Shown here: positions 14,494 through 26,400 of the stretch, in pieces
Layout of the letters: each line of letters opens with the position of its first letter
Numbering within the stretch: the first letter of the stretch is position 1
Notes under the pieces: generated by a model
Told to the model about the DNA's origin: nothing
What the model saw: the letters and a program-made list of their open reading frames with translations, nothing else
Database searches by the model: none
Program-made: the position numbers and the translations under genes
Origin: Macrostomum hystrix
Lineage: Eukaryota; Animalia; Platyhelminthes
Direction of reading: 5' to 3'
NCBI GenBank assembly: GCA_950097015.1
Contig: CATNEN010000039.1
Span: forward strand, 10,974,001-11,038,000
DNA length: 64,000 bases

Positions 14494-17400
14494 ATGACGT
14501 CTCCGCAAGTTCAGGCCGAAGATGCGAAAAGCCTGTGGCTTCAAATGGTGCCGCGTGAGGACGTGCAAAACTATTGGCTGAGTCGCCTTCAGCGTGTTGA
14601 ACCGACTGATTATCTTCCGAAGGCCCTCTGCTACGTAATGTTAGCGCGTGGATATATTTTCCTTCAGAGTGTAGAAAAAGCGAGAGAAATGCAACAGAAA
14701 CTGATGAACCTCTTGGGACAAAAAGCAATTCAAAGCCTATGGCGTTATGTCTTGTGCAGGAACAAGCAAGAATCTTTGGACATACTTAAGGAATATGGTA
14801 CATGCACAAACATAGACAGTGAGAATTCGCTATTGTTTGTTACCGTTCTATTCATCACAAATGAAGGTCAGATGGCATTGCGTGACTCTAATCGTTGTGG
14901 ACCTTGGGCTTGGTATTGGTTTGTGGAGAGTGCGCATCGACTCGGCAAATTGTTCGCCAAGAAAGCGGAACCCGCACCAGAGCTGTTCGCCTGCGTCAAA
15001 TTCTGCGTCGGCAACTTGCTTTTGAACTGCGCCACCGCTAAGGACATCTATGCGCACCAGTATTTGGTTAAGGCTTTCGCGCACTTTCAGGCTGTAATTG
15101 AGCGTAAGAAACGGCAAAGATTAACCCGCAGAATTGATAGTGAGATTATTTCGAGCGAGCAATCGCTTGTCGCACTAATAAACATGGCACTTTGTTTCCT
15201 TGAATTCCGCCAGACCGATAAATGCTGCGACATGATTAAGCAAGTCAAATCGCTTCTAGAGAAGTCTAGCGTGTTGGATATTTTATCAAAACATTATTTC
15301 AGTGCTTTCACAAACTATGTTGCTGGCGTTAACTATTTCGAATGCACAAGTCCGCTGCACAGCAAGTTAAATGCTGGAGCCGCTCTACTAAGCGCTGAAA
15401 AGCTGAATGAGTTTTACAGCAATGCACTGGCTGACCTCACGCGCTGTGCGGACACTCTCAGACAGCACTTCTCCAAGTCTGCACTTTTGGCTTCGACGCT
15501 TACAATGCTCGGTGTAGTGACTGCAAATAAGGCGGGGGAGTTTAACGAAACTTCTATGGAGTATCTCAAGCAGGCCATTGACCTTGAAGCGGGCCTACCG
15601 CACAGAAGCAACACGGTGCGCTATTTGATGCATGCCTTAAGAATTGCCGCGCGACTTGATAAAGAAAGCGGCAGATTACAACAGTGGAAGGCCCTCTACG
15701 AATCTACAGTAAGTTGACATTTTATTATTGCAATATTATTTGAATGGCGCTGATTTTTTGTATATTTCTTCGAAGTTAATCACTGCACTATGAATCGAAA
15801 ATGAGGCAAAAACACAAGCAAAAACAGAGAATAGAAACAATTAAAAATCAAAAGAAAAAATACTTTTTCCTTGAAATATAACAGTTGGTGGTTGTCATTA
15901 AAATATTTCCGTGTTATAACTTTTTGTTAGTTTATTATCGCATATATCGTTCAGATTAATTTTTTATCGCGTTTTTATGCCTAAGTGAGACGACCTCAGT
16001 CTGAATCAACGCAGGGCTGTTGTGCGCTTTCTCTACTTTCAAATATTTGTTTTATGAAGAAAGTTTTTTGGTAGTCCTTTACTTTCTTGAACCATTAGAT
16101 ATAAGCATTTGTCATCTTCAGTAAGAATTCCAATGTTTTGCCAGAAGCCGATATTTCTTGTAAAAATTTCTCTGTATGGACTCCAGCGACACTCTAAGAC
16201 ACCTTCGTTTTCTACTTCTGAGCGACATTTTGTGCAGATCCCATCATCAAAGGGAATTCTAGGTCTTGCATTTTCGTGCCGTTTCACTCAATAAATTGCG
16301 ATTTCCCAGACGCAATATGATTCAGAATGCTCCTACTTTCAGGGCGAAAAATATGATATTTCTCCGTAGTAAAAAGGCAGAGTGTGAAGCACTCGACTGG
16401 GGCTGGCGCCGACGAAGAATCACATTTTTTGAATAATTTCTACAGGCTAGATTTTATCCAGGGCTTACAGCATCGGACTCAAGAAGGTCGGGGTTCGATT
16501 CCTGACTCAATTTGAATCCTGTATCCTTTAACAATACACTTAACTCTGCATACGTCCTACAATTTACCCAGCTGATTCATGGGTACAAGCATTTGCTGAG
16601 GTTATTAAGGGTGGCTGTTGATTCCCCCGGCCCCCTGTCCATGGACTGAACCGCCGCACGCAGCCTTCAGATGTGTGTACAATAGCTGGAGCTGTACTGT
16701 CGGCTGTATATTTGTGTAATTAGCTATACTATTACCATTGCAATGTAGGAAACAAAGAAACAAACAAACACGTATTTTGGTTTGGGCCCACGAAGGTGAT
16801 TTTTTGTCTTTCCGTGCTGATATTAATGATCCTCAAGTCGTAGATCAGGATAGTAAAAAAAGCTAAAATACAATCCCTGACAATATGTTAATGCATTATT
16901 AAAATAATTCGTACGTTTTTTTACTTTTCTCAGAAAAGTCTTCTGCATGCGAGCGCTGGATCTGATACTAACGAAAGTCCTCCGCCTCTCGTCGCCTCCG
17001 TGACCGAAGCAAGTCTCGAAACTGCCTCGCTAAGAACTTCATCGATGGCGTTGCTGTTGCCTCAGTCAGACGCAACCACGCACTCACATGCAAACCCGCC
17101 GTCGCCGCCAATCGATTTGCAGTTCACGGACTGCTATCGCCAGGAATGCCTGGATTATTTTTGTCAGCGGTTGATTTTTTGCAATGACAGTCGCTCACCG
17201 TTGGCTGCGACTTTATGTCACTTGTTTATCGCCAGGTTTCACCTGCTCAGATGCGCCGCTGATTTTGCTAGCCAAGCCCAGAATTCGGTCCGGGTTCTGT
17301 TTCGGGACGCATTCAACTTGCACATATCCAGGCAAAACACCTTTAAGCTTAGTCAGTTGCGCAAGGAGAAGCACCTAAATGAGGAGGGCATGTCCGAAAC

Positions 17401-19147
17401 TGTTGCCTTTTGTTGTGCACTTTGGCAAGCTAATGAAGCTAAAATCCTTCTCCTAAACGTACAGCTGGATAACAATTGGCGCCTCAATAGAATTTCACCA
17501 GCAGGATACTCAGTCTACTCACCGAAGGCCGGAAGATTCATTAGGCAATATTGGCACTCATTCACCGACTCGGCGCGACTTCGATTCTACACTGAAGATT
17601 GGCGCACAGCTAGGCGCCTATTAGAGAATAGCAGGCATCTGAGCAGCACGCTTCGCAATGCGTTTCTGTCCAGTGCAGACTGGTCCCATCTTCATACAAT
17701 ACTTGATTGCAGCCTTGCTGAAGTCTGCATCGACTTAAATGATATGTTGCCAAGCTCATTGCTGCACGACAGGCACGTTAAGCGCTGCTCCCGAGCTATC
17801 TGCCAATCACTAATTTCTGAACAGGAACATCTCACGACTGACCTATCTGACACAACGTCTGTGCTGGCGCGGCTGAGAATCGCAGCATTCGATACTTCAT
17901 TACAAAGCACGAGTAAAATAATGTACACTGGGTCAGTGCACAGAGCATCCTGCGAGCAGACAGCTTGCAATCTTGACCTGCCCACAATGCCTAGACCGAA
18001 CCTTAAGCTCGGCTGTTTTCAGGAGGCTTACGATTCGTGCTCCTCTGCAGGGCTGCTCGATACTCCTTTGCACGCTTATTTGCACATTTCGGTTGCGATC
18101 ATTCTTTACCAAGCGGCAATTCGCGATCTAACTAAGCCCGCCTACTCTCTGTACAACGCCGCTGTGCTAAAACTTCGTCGGGCTTCTCGAGCGCTTGAAT
18201 TGCTGGAGCCTCAGCATCCACTCACTGGTGACTGCTATGCGTTGCTCTCTGTTATGTATTACAATATGATGCAGCTGGAGGATCAGGAGATGAAGGCCAT
18301 GAGCTGTCTGCGTGCCTGCCTGGATGTACAGCGCAACTTAATTGCCAACGGATGCACAACCAGTCGGTGGTCTTGGCGAGCTATCGACGTTGCGAGAAAG
18401 CTGGCTGTGTACTTTTCTACTTCTGCTTATCGAGAGAAGTGGTCTGGTATTGTTCAGGCAGCAGACGTGAGTAACTATAGCAACTGAGAAATTTCCGTAT
18501 GCGCAAGCTTATCTTAAAGTCTATAAATTTTATTTGTCTTAGTCAATCTTAGAGATGAGCCGAGATCGCTCAGAGGAGACCAGGAGCCGCCTCCTGGCCA
18601 GTAATGATACCTGGGCTGATCTGCGCTTCGATGGGCCACTCATGGCTGAGCGCTTCATTGGTGCGTGGCTGTACACATCTGGTTAATTCTTTCGTGTTCC
18701 TGCGAGTATAGGGCCATTTCTCTCCTTTTCGAATCTAAAGTATTCTATATAAAACTTTTTTCTTTAGATCCCATGATCCCATGGGAAGGAAGGCACTATC
18801 TGAAGGAGACCTGCAATGCCATGCTAGGTCGTGTTTTTCCCGAGGAAAACCTGCCAACTTACACTGAGATGATGTGCTATTCGCACTACCTAATGAAGAT
18901 GTGGAACGCGCACGAGAGCGTCTGCGACTATGAATGGATCTACGGCTGCGTGCCGAAGTGCCGCCTCACTCGCACTTCGAACGACATGCCGAGGCGAAAC
19001 GACTTTCTTGACGGTCTCAACGAGTACACACTGGCCTCGCCGCGAGACAAACTGAAAATACTTCGCCGATTGCAGAATAACCACGAACAGCTCTTGCGGA
19101 TGTGCAAACCAGCTCGGCAGTTCGATGCTGATTATGCCAGAGAGTAA
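14494..19147 (+). CDS. Helical/TPR-like cluster paralog 4, the most divergent, ~1081 aa (exons 14494-15708, 16934-18466, 18543-18660, 18768-19147)
   Basis: GT-AG junctions with phases 0,0,1; 3246 nt open. Shared motifs: YLVKAFAHF, YFECTSPL, QAIDLE, YNAAVLKLRRASRALE, QLEDQE, DPMIPWE…FPE…RNDFL.GL.EY. Confidence 0.86.
16020..16400 (-). mobile_element. Degraded LINE ORF2 3' remnant, same family as 2640-3075, in intron 1 of paralog 4
   Basis: The minus strand gives RLGNRNLLSET / RPRIPFDDGICTKCRSEVENE…CRWSPY…LTEDDKCLYLMVQE, which parallels CPKCRVEVENE…CDWSVY…LTADDKILYLMTQE in the first remnant. Confidence 0.7.
16455..16640 (+). mobile_element. tRNA-derived SINE remnant
   Basis: Pol III B-box ggttcgattcc at 16492-16502 follows a tRNA-like segment. 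Downstream is a SINE-body-like tract (acacttaactctgca…acccagctg…atgggtac). Confidence 0.5.
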
Positions 19148-19239
19148 CTTTTCCTTTGTCTAGGCTGCGAAGCTTATTAACTGATCTGATTTTTTGTTGA
19201 TTTTTTGCTTAGTAGCTTCGCTTCATTTGTAATTTGAAG

Positions 19240-20293
19240 GTGCGTCATAGACATTGTAGCTGCAATGAGGCACTGTGCGTCATAGACATTGTAGCTGCAA
19301 AAAGGTACTGTGGGTCATAGACTATGTAGCTGCAATGAGGCACTGTGGGTCATAGACATTGTAGCTGCAATGAGGCACTGTGGGTCATAGACATTGTAGC
19401 TGCAATGAGGTACTGTGGGTCATGGACTATGTAGCTGCAATGAGGCACTGTGGGTCATAGACTATGTAGCTGCAATGAGGCACTGTGGGTCATAGACTAT
19501 GTAGCTGCAATGAGGCACTGTGGGTCATAGACATTGTAGCTGCAATGAGGTACTGTGGGTCATGGACTATGTAGCTGCAATGAGGCACTGTGGGTCATAG
19601 ACATTGTAGCTGCAATGAGGTACTGTGGGTCATGGACTATGTAGCTGCAATGAGGCACTGTGGGTCATAGACTATGTAGCTGCAATGAGGCACTGTGGGT
19701 CATAGACTATGTAGCTGCAATGAGGCACTGTGGGTCATAGACTATGTAGCTGCAATGAGGCACTGTGGGTCATAGACTATGTAGCTGCAATGAGGCACTG
19801 TGGGTCATAGACTATGTAGCTGCAAAAAGGTACTGTGGGTCATGGACTATGTAGCTCGTAGCTGCAATGAGGCACTGTGGGTCATGGACTATGTAGCTGC
19901 AATAAGGCACTGTGGGTCATAGACTATGTAGCTGCAATGAGGCACTGTGGGTCATGGACTATGTAGCTGCAATGAGGCACTGTGGGTCATAGACTATGTA
20001 GCTGCAATGAGGTACTGTGGGTCATAGACATTGTAGCTGCAATGAGGCACTGTGGGTCATAGACTATGTAGCTGCAATGAGGTACTGTGGGTCATAGACA
20101 TTGTAGCTGCAATGAGGCACCGTGCGTCATAGACATTGTAGCTGCAATGAGGCACTGTGCGTCATAGACATTGTAGCTGCAATGAGGTACTGTGGGTCAT
20201 AGACATTGTAGCTGCAATAAGGCACTGTGGGTCATAGACATTGTAGCTGCAATGAGGCACTGTGCGTCATAGACATTGTAGCTGCAATGAGGC
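19240..20293. repeat. 35-bp minisatellite, ~30 copies (cactgtgggtcatagactatgtagctgcaatgagg)
   Basis: Direct tandem repeat visible in the sequence, starting ~90 bp after the paralog 4 stop codon. Confidence 0.97.
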
Positions 20294-20837
20294 TAAGAAA
20301 TCTACTTTCTCAATGTACGAGCGATTCACCTATTCTAAATTAGATTTTTTAACTTGAATTCTGAAATTTAGTATGTAAATCAACAGCTACAAAGAATTGT
20401 TTTTAACAAAGAATCACAGAAGGCTCACAGCATATAAAAATTTATTATTTTTAGTATAAATCCAACACAAAATGATGTTATCGCGTCAAAAAAACTTTTA
20501 CAATAAATTCAATACTTTGAATTTTTGAAGCTGTATTCTTCCAATTTTGTGTAATTAAACAATACGAGTATATGATTTTGTAAATATTTTTTATATTGCT
20601 ATGTATAAGTAAATGTTGTTTAAAGGCGCATTTGATACGTGACGTATTATACCAAATACGCGTTCGGACCTTTGTTTTATTGATTAAACAAACTTAGCCT
20701 GTCTGATGTATTCTAAAACCCTAATCCATCCGCTCCAATTGATCTGCCTCAATTCCTTTCTCCTTTGTAGGTCAATCTTCATGCTTGTTCATCTTTAGAA
20801 AAATGAGACGCCCTTTTACACACTGTATATTTAAGAT

Positions 20838-20975
20838 GCTGTGGCCCATTGTGAAGAGCTTTGGACTTCTGACCGAGAGATCGGGAGTTCGAATCTCAGC
20901 CGGAAGGAATCGTGAAATTCATGTCCTTGATTTAGACAATTGATTCCCATTAATTAAATCACCAAGCTGTCACGA
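20838..20975 (+). mobile_element. tRNA-derived SINE head or tRNA pseudogene
   Basis: A-box-like gtggcccattg at 20841 and B-box gagttcgaatc at 20885-20895 are at tRNA spacing. There is no intact acceptor stem, and a SINE-body-like tract follows (tgtccttg…caccaagctgt). Confidence 0.5.
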
Positions 20976-22045
20976 GTAATAAAGAGTAGTAGTAATCTAT
21001 ACTTAACTGAACGCGCACAAACAATGCCGTAAATTTCTCTACCTGCACGTCTGGCCCAACTGGGTGAGCTGCAGTTTCTGTTCTATCTTTCTGAGTTGCT
21101 GTTGCTGTTAGCGCCTCAATTTAATTCGCTACTCAAACTGCTTCTCAAAAATTCTATTTACCTTCTTAGAGTTTTCAATGCCCCTTATTTTACTGGGCAG
21201 CAAGCACCGTCAGAGTTTCTCTCCAATGCTAAGAAGCTGCCCATTTCGCATTTAGAGCTTGTGTATAAACCGTGCTCAAATTTCGATGAATGATGTGACT
21301 TTTTATTAATTCACTTTCACAATCTTCATTGTTTTCCAGCATCTCATCTGCTGGAAAATATAATTAAACAGACATGAGCACCGGTCAAAGCCCGATTGTC
21401 CGACTTGGCACCTGGCTGAATTTCGTGCCTGACCAGAACCCCATCGAGTTCTAAAAGTTCTAAAAATGGTTCATGCAAAACCAACAAAAAAGCAGCTTCA
21501 TACATATAATAAATACATCACAAAACGCTACGAAAATGCTAGTCAAAAAACGACAGCTGCAAAGTCTAAAGTAAGGCTTTAGGCTTTAAAGTTAGGCTTA
21601 AGCAGGGATCAGTGTATAAAAAGTTGTGTTCATTGTGTAGAAGTTGAGGAGAAACAGGGATGGTGTCGCGATTGTGAAATCGCAGGCTGTTTAAACTTAA
21701 TATTTGTTTGAATGGAATTTAGCCATTATGGGAAATAAATTTTACAATATTCGGAAATTTATATGCGGAGAAATTTTAAACGATTTTTGAACGACCTAGC
21801 AAATCAGCGAAGGTCACTACAAGCACTCCGTCACGACTCCGTAGTCCATGACTCCAAGCTGATTTTGAGCTTTGAGTCGTAAGCGATTAAGTATAATATT
21901 TTTGACCAGCTAAAAAATAAAACCTATAATAATTGTTTTCTAAGAGTAAAAACACATTATTTAATCGCGATATTTGTTCAGAGTTAGAATTAGTTATAAA
22001 TGTTGCAATTCTCTCTACCTTCAATTTAAAATCAAACGTGCACGC

Positions 22046-22360
22046 TGTAGTATAACTGGGTTTGAAGGCCGCGAATTTAAACAGTTTTACTACAGCAATT
22101 TAACGTCTTCAGCTTACACGCCGCGCCGCGCCTTACACTTGTAGTTACTCTCGATTGCAGCGCGCTTTTCAAACTGGTGCGATTATATTTTAATTAGACA
22201 ACGATTAAAATAATTTATAATTAATACTTGCATTATTTTCAAGGGTCATAAAAGTAGAAATTAATAACATAATAATGCTATTTGCAATCGCTATAGTTAC
22301 TGTATAGCAACAATTAAATATTTAGCGCAATTTTAAAAGAACATTTCCAGCCGCACTACA
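22046..22360 (-). repeat. 3' LTR
   Basis: Identical by eye to 28568-28882. The adjacent purine tract on the minus strand (agaggagtgttg, 22361-22372) is the likely PPT. Confidence 0.97.
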
Positions 22361-23414
22361 CAACACTCCTCTACGACAAGGCAATGTCCTCATTGCAAAC
22401 AGGCGCGGACAACGATAGGCACGAGAGCACAAAATAACTGGGCGGCATTCAACGCAAAATCCGGCAATCAGAACGAAATACGCATAACCCTTGCTGGGCT
22501 CAACCACACTACTAGCAGTAGGCAGGGTCGTAAAAGGCCAGACATCCACGCATGAGAAAGCGCTAACTAGAGCATACAATACAGGAAAGTATCAGATATG
22601 AGAAAATATCAAAGCGATTAAAACAACAGCATTAAACACCTTGCTCAAGAGCAGGGGATAATACGCACGACACGCTGAACGGCGGACGCGAACAAATACG
22701 ATAAGAGTTTTGGCTAACAAAGGGTTGACCGGCAAGAGGTGGACTGGTGCCGCAGGGAAAAATTCGCACTGCTTGACTCGCACACGTTCGCGACACAGAT
22801 ACAAGTAAGTGCTCAAGATGGCTTAACAACGGGAACACAGTGATTTCCGCAGGCCACAGAGGGCATTTGACACAAAGGAAAAAAAAACGCGAGATCAAAA
22901 CAATTTGACGGCGAACATAATGCAACGGGAACAGTTAAAATAGAAAAATATACCCAACCACAAAATGCAATTTTACATAAGGGCATCACAACAGGGTGTT
23001 ACAGTACACACCCAGACTGAGTTTCCAGGATGCGAGAGATTAATAACGGCACAGCGTACATGTACATTAATATTGAAATATTGAAATTAGATATTGAGTA
23101 TTAAGGATAAAGCTTTCCTAACAAGGAATTAAAAACTGCTCGGATCGGAAACAATCCGCGGCAGTCAGGTTGTAAAAGATTTGTAAAAGTTAAAAAAATT
23201 GTAAGACACTGGTCAATGTAAAAAAAGTGCAAATGCAAAACAATTGCTAAAATTCAACATCACTCAAGTGAACGCCCGACGAACAGGCCACTCGCCTGCA
23301 ACACGCACCCAATCAGAACGCTGCTCAACAAAGAAAAACAATACAGCGATGATAGTAGCAGCCCAGACGACAAAGACTGTCCGAAGAGAAAAAAAAGGTT
23401 GCTCCAGCCTGCGC

Positions 23415-26400
23415 TTACACAAGCACCCAATCAGCGTCGAGGGCGTCGGTGCTGACGTCACTGACCGCCTCGTCCTGCTGACCGTCAGCGGGGCGGGGCT
23501 GGTGCGCTCGTTTCAACTTGTTCACGTGGACGACGCGCCCTTTGACCTCTCCGTCCTTGTAATCGACTGGCCGCACCAGGTAGTTCACCGGCGAGGTCCT
23601 GCATAGAACTTTGAAGGGTCCTGTCCATGGCGCCTGATGTTTAGGGGGCAGGCCGTTGGTCCTGGACAGCACGGCAGGCGGCACAAAAAGCCACACGGTG
23701 TCTCCAGCGCGGAACTTGCGCTTCTGGGCCTTCAAGTCGTAGTAGCGTCGCTGTCGTCGCTGAGCTGTCCCGGTCGCTCTCCGCACGGTGTCGAAGGCGT
23801 CTTGGAGCCTGTAAACTGTCTCCGCCGCGTACTGGCCGACGATCGCTGGGGGCTCCGGAACCCGATAGACCACATCAAGCGGCAGCACCACCTCCCGGCC
23901 GGTCATCAGGAAGTGCGGAGAAAATCCAGTTGTCGCATTGATGCTGCTCCGGTAAGCCAGAAGGCAATGTGGCAGAACGTCCTCCCAGTCCAACGGGTCG
24001 ACTGCTTGAAGGTGGCAGCGCAGCATGTGATGAAGAGTGCGGTGGAATCTCTCAACAAGGCCATCACACTGCGGGTGGTAACCGGACGTCCGGGTCTTGC
24101 TGATGTCCAGCAGCTTGCAGAGGCTGCGGATGATGCGGCCGTCAATGCTCCGACCACGATCAGAGTGGAGAATGTGCGGAGCGCCCCACCGCGCAATCCA
24201 GTTGTTGAAAAGCGCTGCGGCGATGGTTGTAGCCTTCTCGTCAGGAATTGGCACCAGCTCCACCCATTTGCTAAAATAATCAACGATTGTAAGCAGTCGA
24301 TCGTTGCCGTTCTTGGAGACGCCGACCTTCACCACGTCAAAACCGACGCGCTGCATCGGAAAACCAGCTGCGATGGACTGCAGCGGTGCGCGCTTGATGA
24401 CAGGCGTCTTGGCTCGCTGGCACGCTTCACAGGAACGGACTGCCAGCCGGACGCTGTCAGCCATCTTCGGCCAGTAGTACCGCATCTTCAAGCTGGCTAG
24501 CGTCTTGTCTTCACCCAGATGGCCGATGCCGTGTATTTCGTCGATGATCCCGCGTTGCAGGCTGCAGGGCACGACGGGTACAGGCTTCGAGTTGATCAGC
24601 CGATGCATAATGCCATTCACGAAGCAGAGTTCATGCCCCTTCTGAGCCAGTAATAAGCTCTCAGGTGGCACACGATCTCGCTGCTGCTCGCTGAACTTAG
24701 ATTTTCCGTCGGAAAGTAGCCGGAACACCGGGCCGATGATCGGATCATGAAGCTGCTGCGTGCGCAACGGCTGCGCCGCGCCGCAGTCCGCTGGTGCTTC
24801 GCTGTCTTCAGGTGCCTCGTCTTCACTGCTCTCTTCTTCACTCTCATTCGGTAAAGGCCGAAGCTCCTGCTTGCGCCTTGACTGCAGGGCACTGACGTTG
24901 GTGACTTCCGTCACGGCTGCCGGGCGAGCTCCAGTCGGTCCTGACTGCCCTGCAGACGCCACGTTGACCCTGACGACGACAGCTGGCTCGACTTTGTCGT
25001 CGGTCTGACAGGCCACTGCGGAAGTCACCTTGCTTGTGATTGCTGGATCTGGCCGGCAGACTCTACACTGGTTAGTGCATCGCTGCTGACGTCGAGAGAG
25101 AGAGTCGGCGTTGTTGTGCTGCCGTCCCGGTCGGAAAACCACCTTGAAGTCGAACTCGTCAAGCACCTGGAGCCACCGCGCCAGCTGCCCTTCGGGCTCC
25201 TTGAATGTCAGCAGGTGCGTCAAGGACTGGTGATCGACGCGCACAGTGAACCTTCTAGGCAGCAGATAAGTCCGAAACTTCCTGACGTGCTCAACGACCG
25301 AGAGCAGTTCTCGCCTTGTGACGCAATAGTTTCGTTCGGCCTTCGAAAGCGCTCGGCTGGAGTACGCAATGACACGCTCCACGCCCGCCTGCACCTGGGA
25401 AAGCACCGCGCCGACGGCGCAATCACTGGCGTCCGTGTCCAAAATGTACTCGGAGCTGGTCGGGCTGGTGTCCGGAAAGGCTAGGATCGGTGCCGATGTC
25501 AGTGCCACCTTCAACTCGTTGAATGCAGCCTCCGCTGCCGGTGTCCACTGAAATCTCTCCGTCGGCAGGGTCAGGCGTCGAAGCGGTTCGGCGATCTTAG
25601 AGTAGTCCCGGACGAATCGCCGATAGTAAGATGTAAGGCCCAGGAAACTCTTGACCTCCTTGGAATTTCGCGGTGTCGGCCAATCGCGAACGGCCGCCGT
25701 CTTCGATTCGTCCACGGCGATGCCGGCCTTTGAGACTCGATGGCCGAGGGCAATCATTGACGTATTGGCAAAACGGCACTTAGATGGCTTCAGCCGCAAG
25801 TTTGCCTCCCGCAGACGCTCGAGCACTGCCCGCAGCCGATCATTATGCTCAGCGATTGTCCGGCCCATAATGATGACATCATCGATGAAGACCAGACAGG
25901 CTTGCCAGGTCAGGCCTTGGAGGACAAGTTGCATAAGTCGTTGAAATGTGGCTGGTGCGTTTCGGAGCCCAAACGGCATGACATTAAATTCAAAGAGGCC
26001 CTGATGACAGATGAAGGCAGTTTTCTCTTTGTCGCGCTCATCGACCTCGACCTGCCAATAACCACTCTCCAGGTCGAGTGCCGAAAAGTAGGCGTTGCCT
26101 TCCAGCGCGTCCAGAGTGTCATCGATGCGTGGGATCGGGAAAGCGTCTGGCTTGGTGACTTCGTTGAGCAACCGATAGTCCAAGCAGAACCGAGCTGTTC
26201 CGTCCTTCTTCTTAACTAGCACGATTGGCGACGCCCATGGCGATGATGACGGTCGAATGACCCCCTTGGCCAGCATGTCGTCGACTAGCTCTGCCTGCTT
26301 GTCGATGACGGGGCGCGCCGCTCGTCGAAGGCCCTGCCGAATCGGTTGTGCCACACCCGTGTCGATGCGGTGACGCAAGATGGCAGTCTGTCCGGTGCTG

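Noticed and set aside
1-19147. Prokaryote-style three-gene operon repeated four times
   Set aside because: Each ORF ends shortly after a GT donor and resumes after a polypyrimidine-AG acceptor in matching phase, so these are exons of single genes.
19240-20293. 35-bp repeat as a CRISPR array
   Set aside because: Units are directly adjacent with no unique spacers, there are no cas genes, and the context is eukaryotic.
20838-20910. Functional tRNA gene
   Set aside because: A and B boxes are present, but there is no complete cloverleaf or acceptor stem and it runs into SINE-like body sequence.
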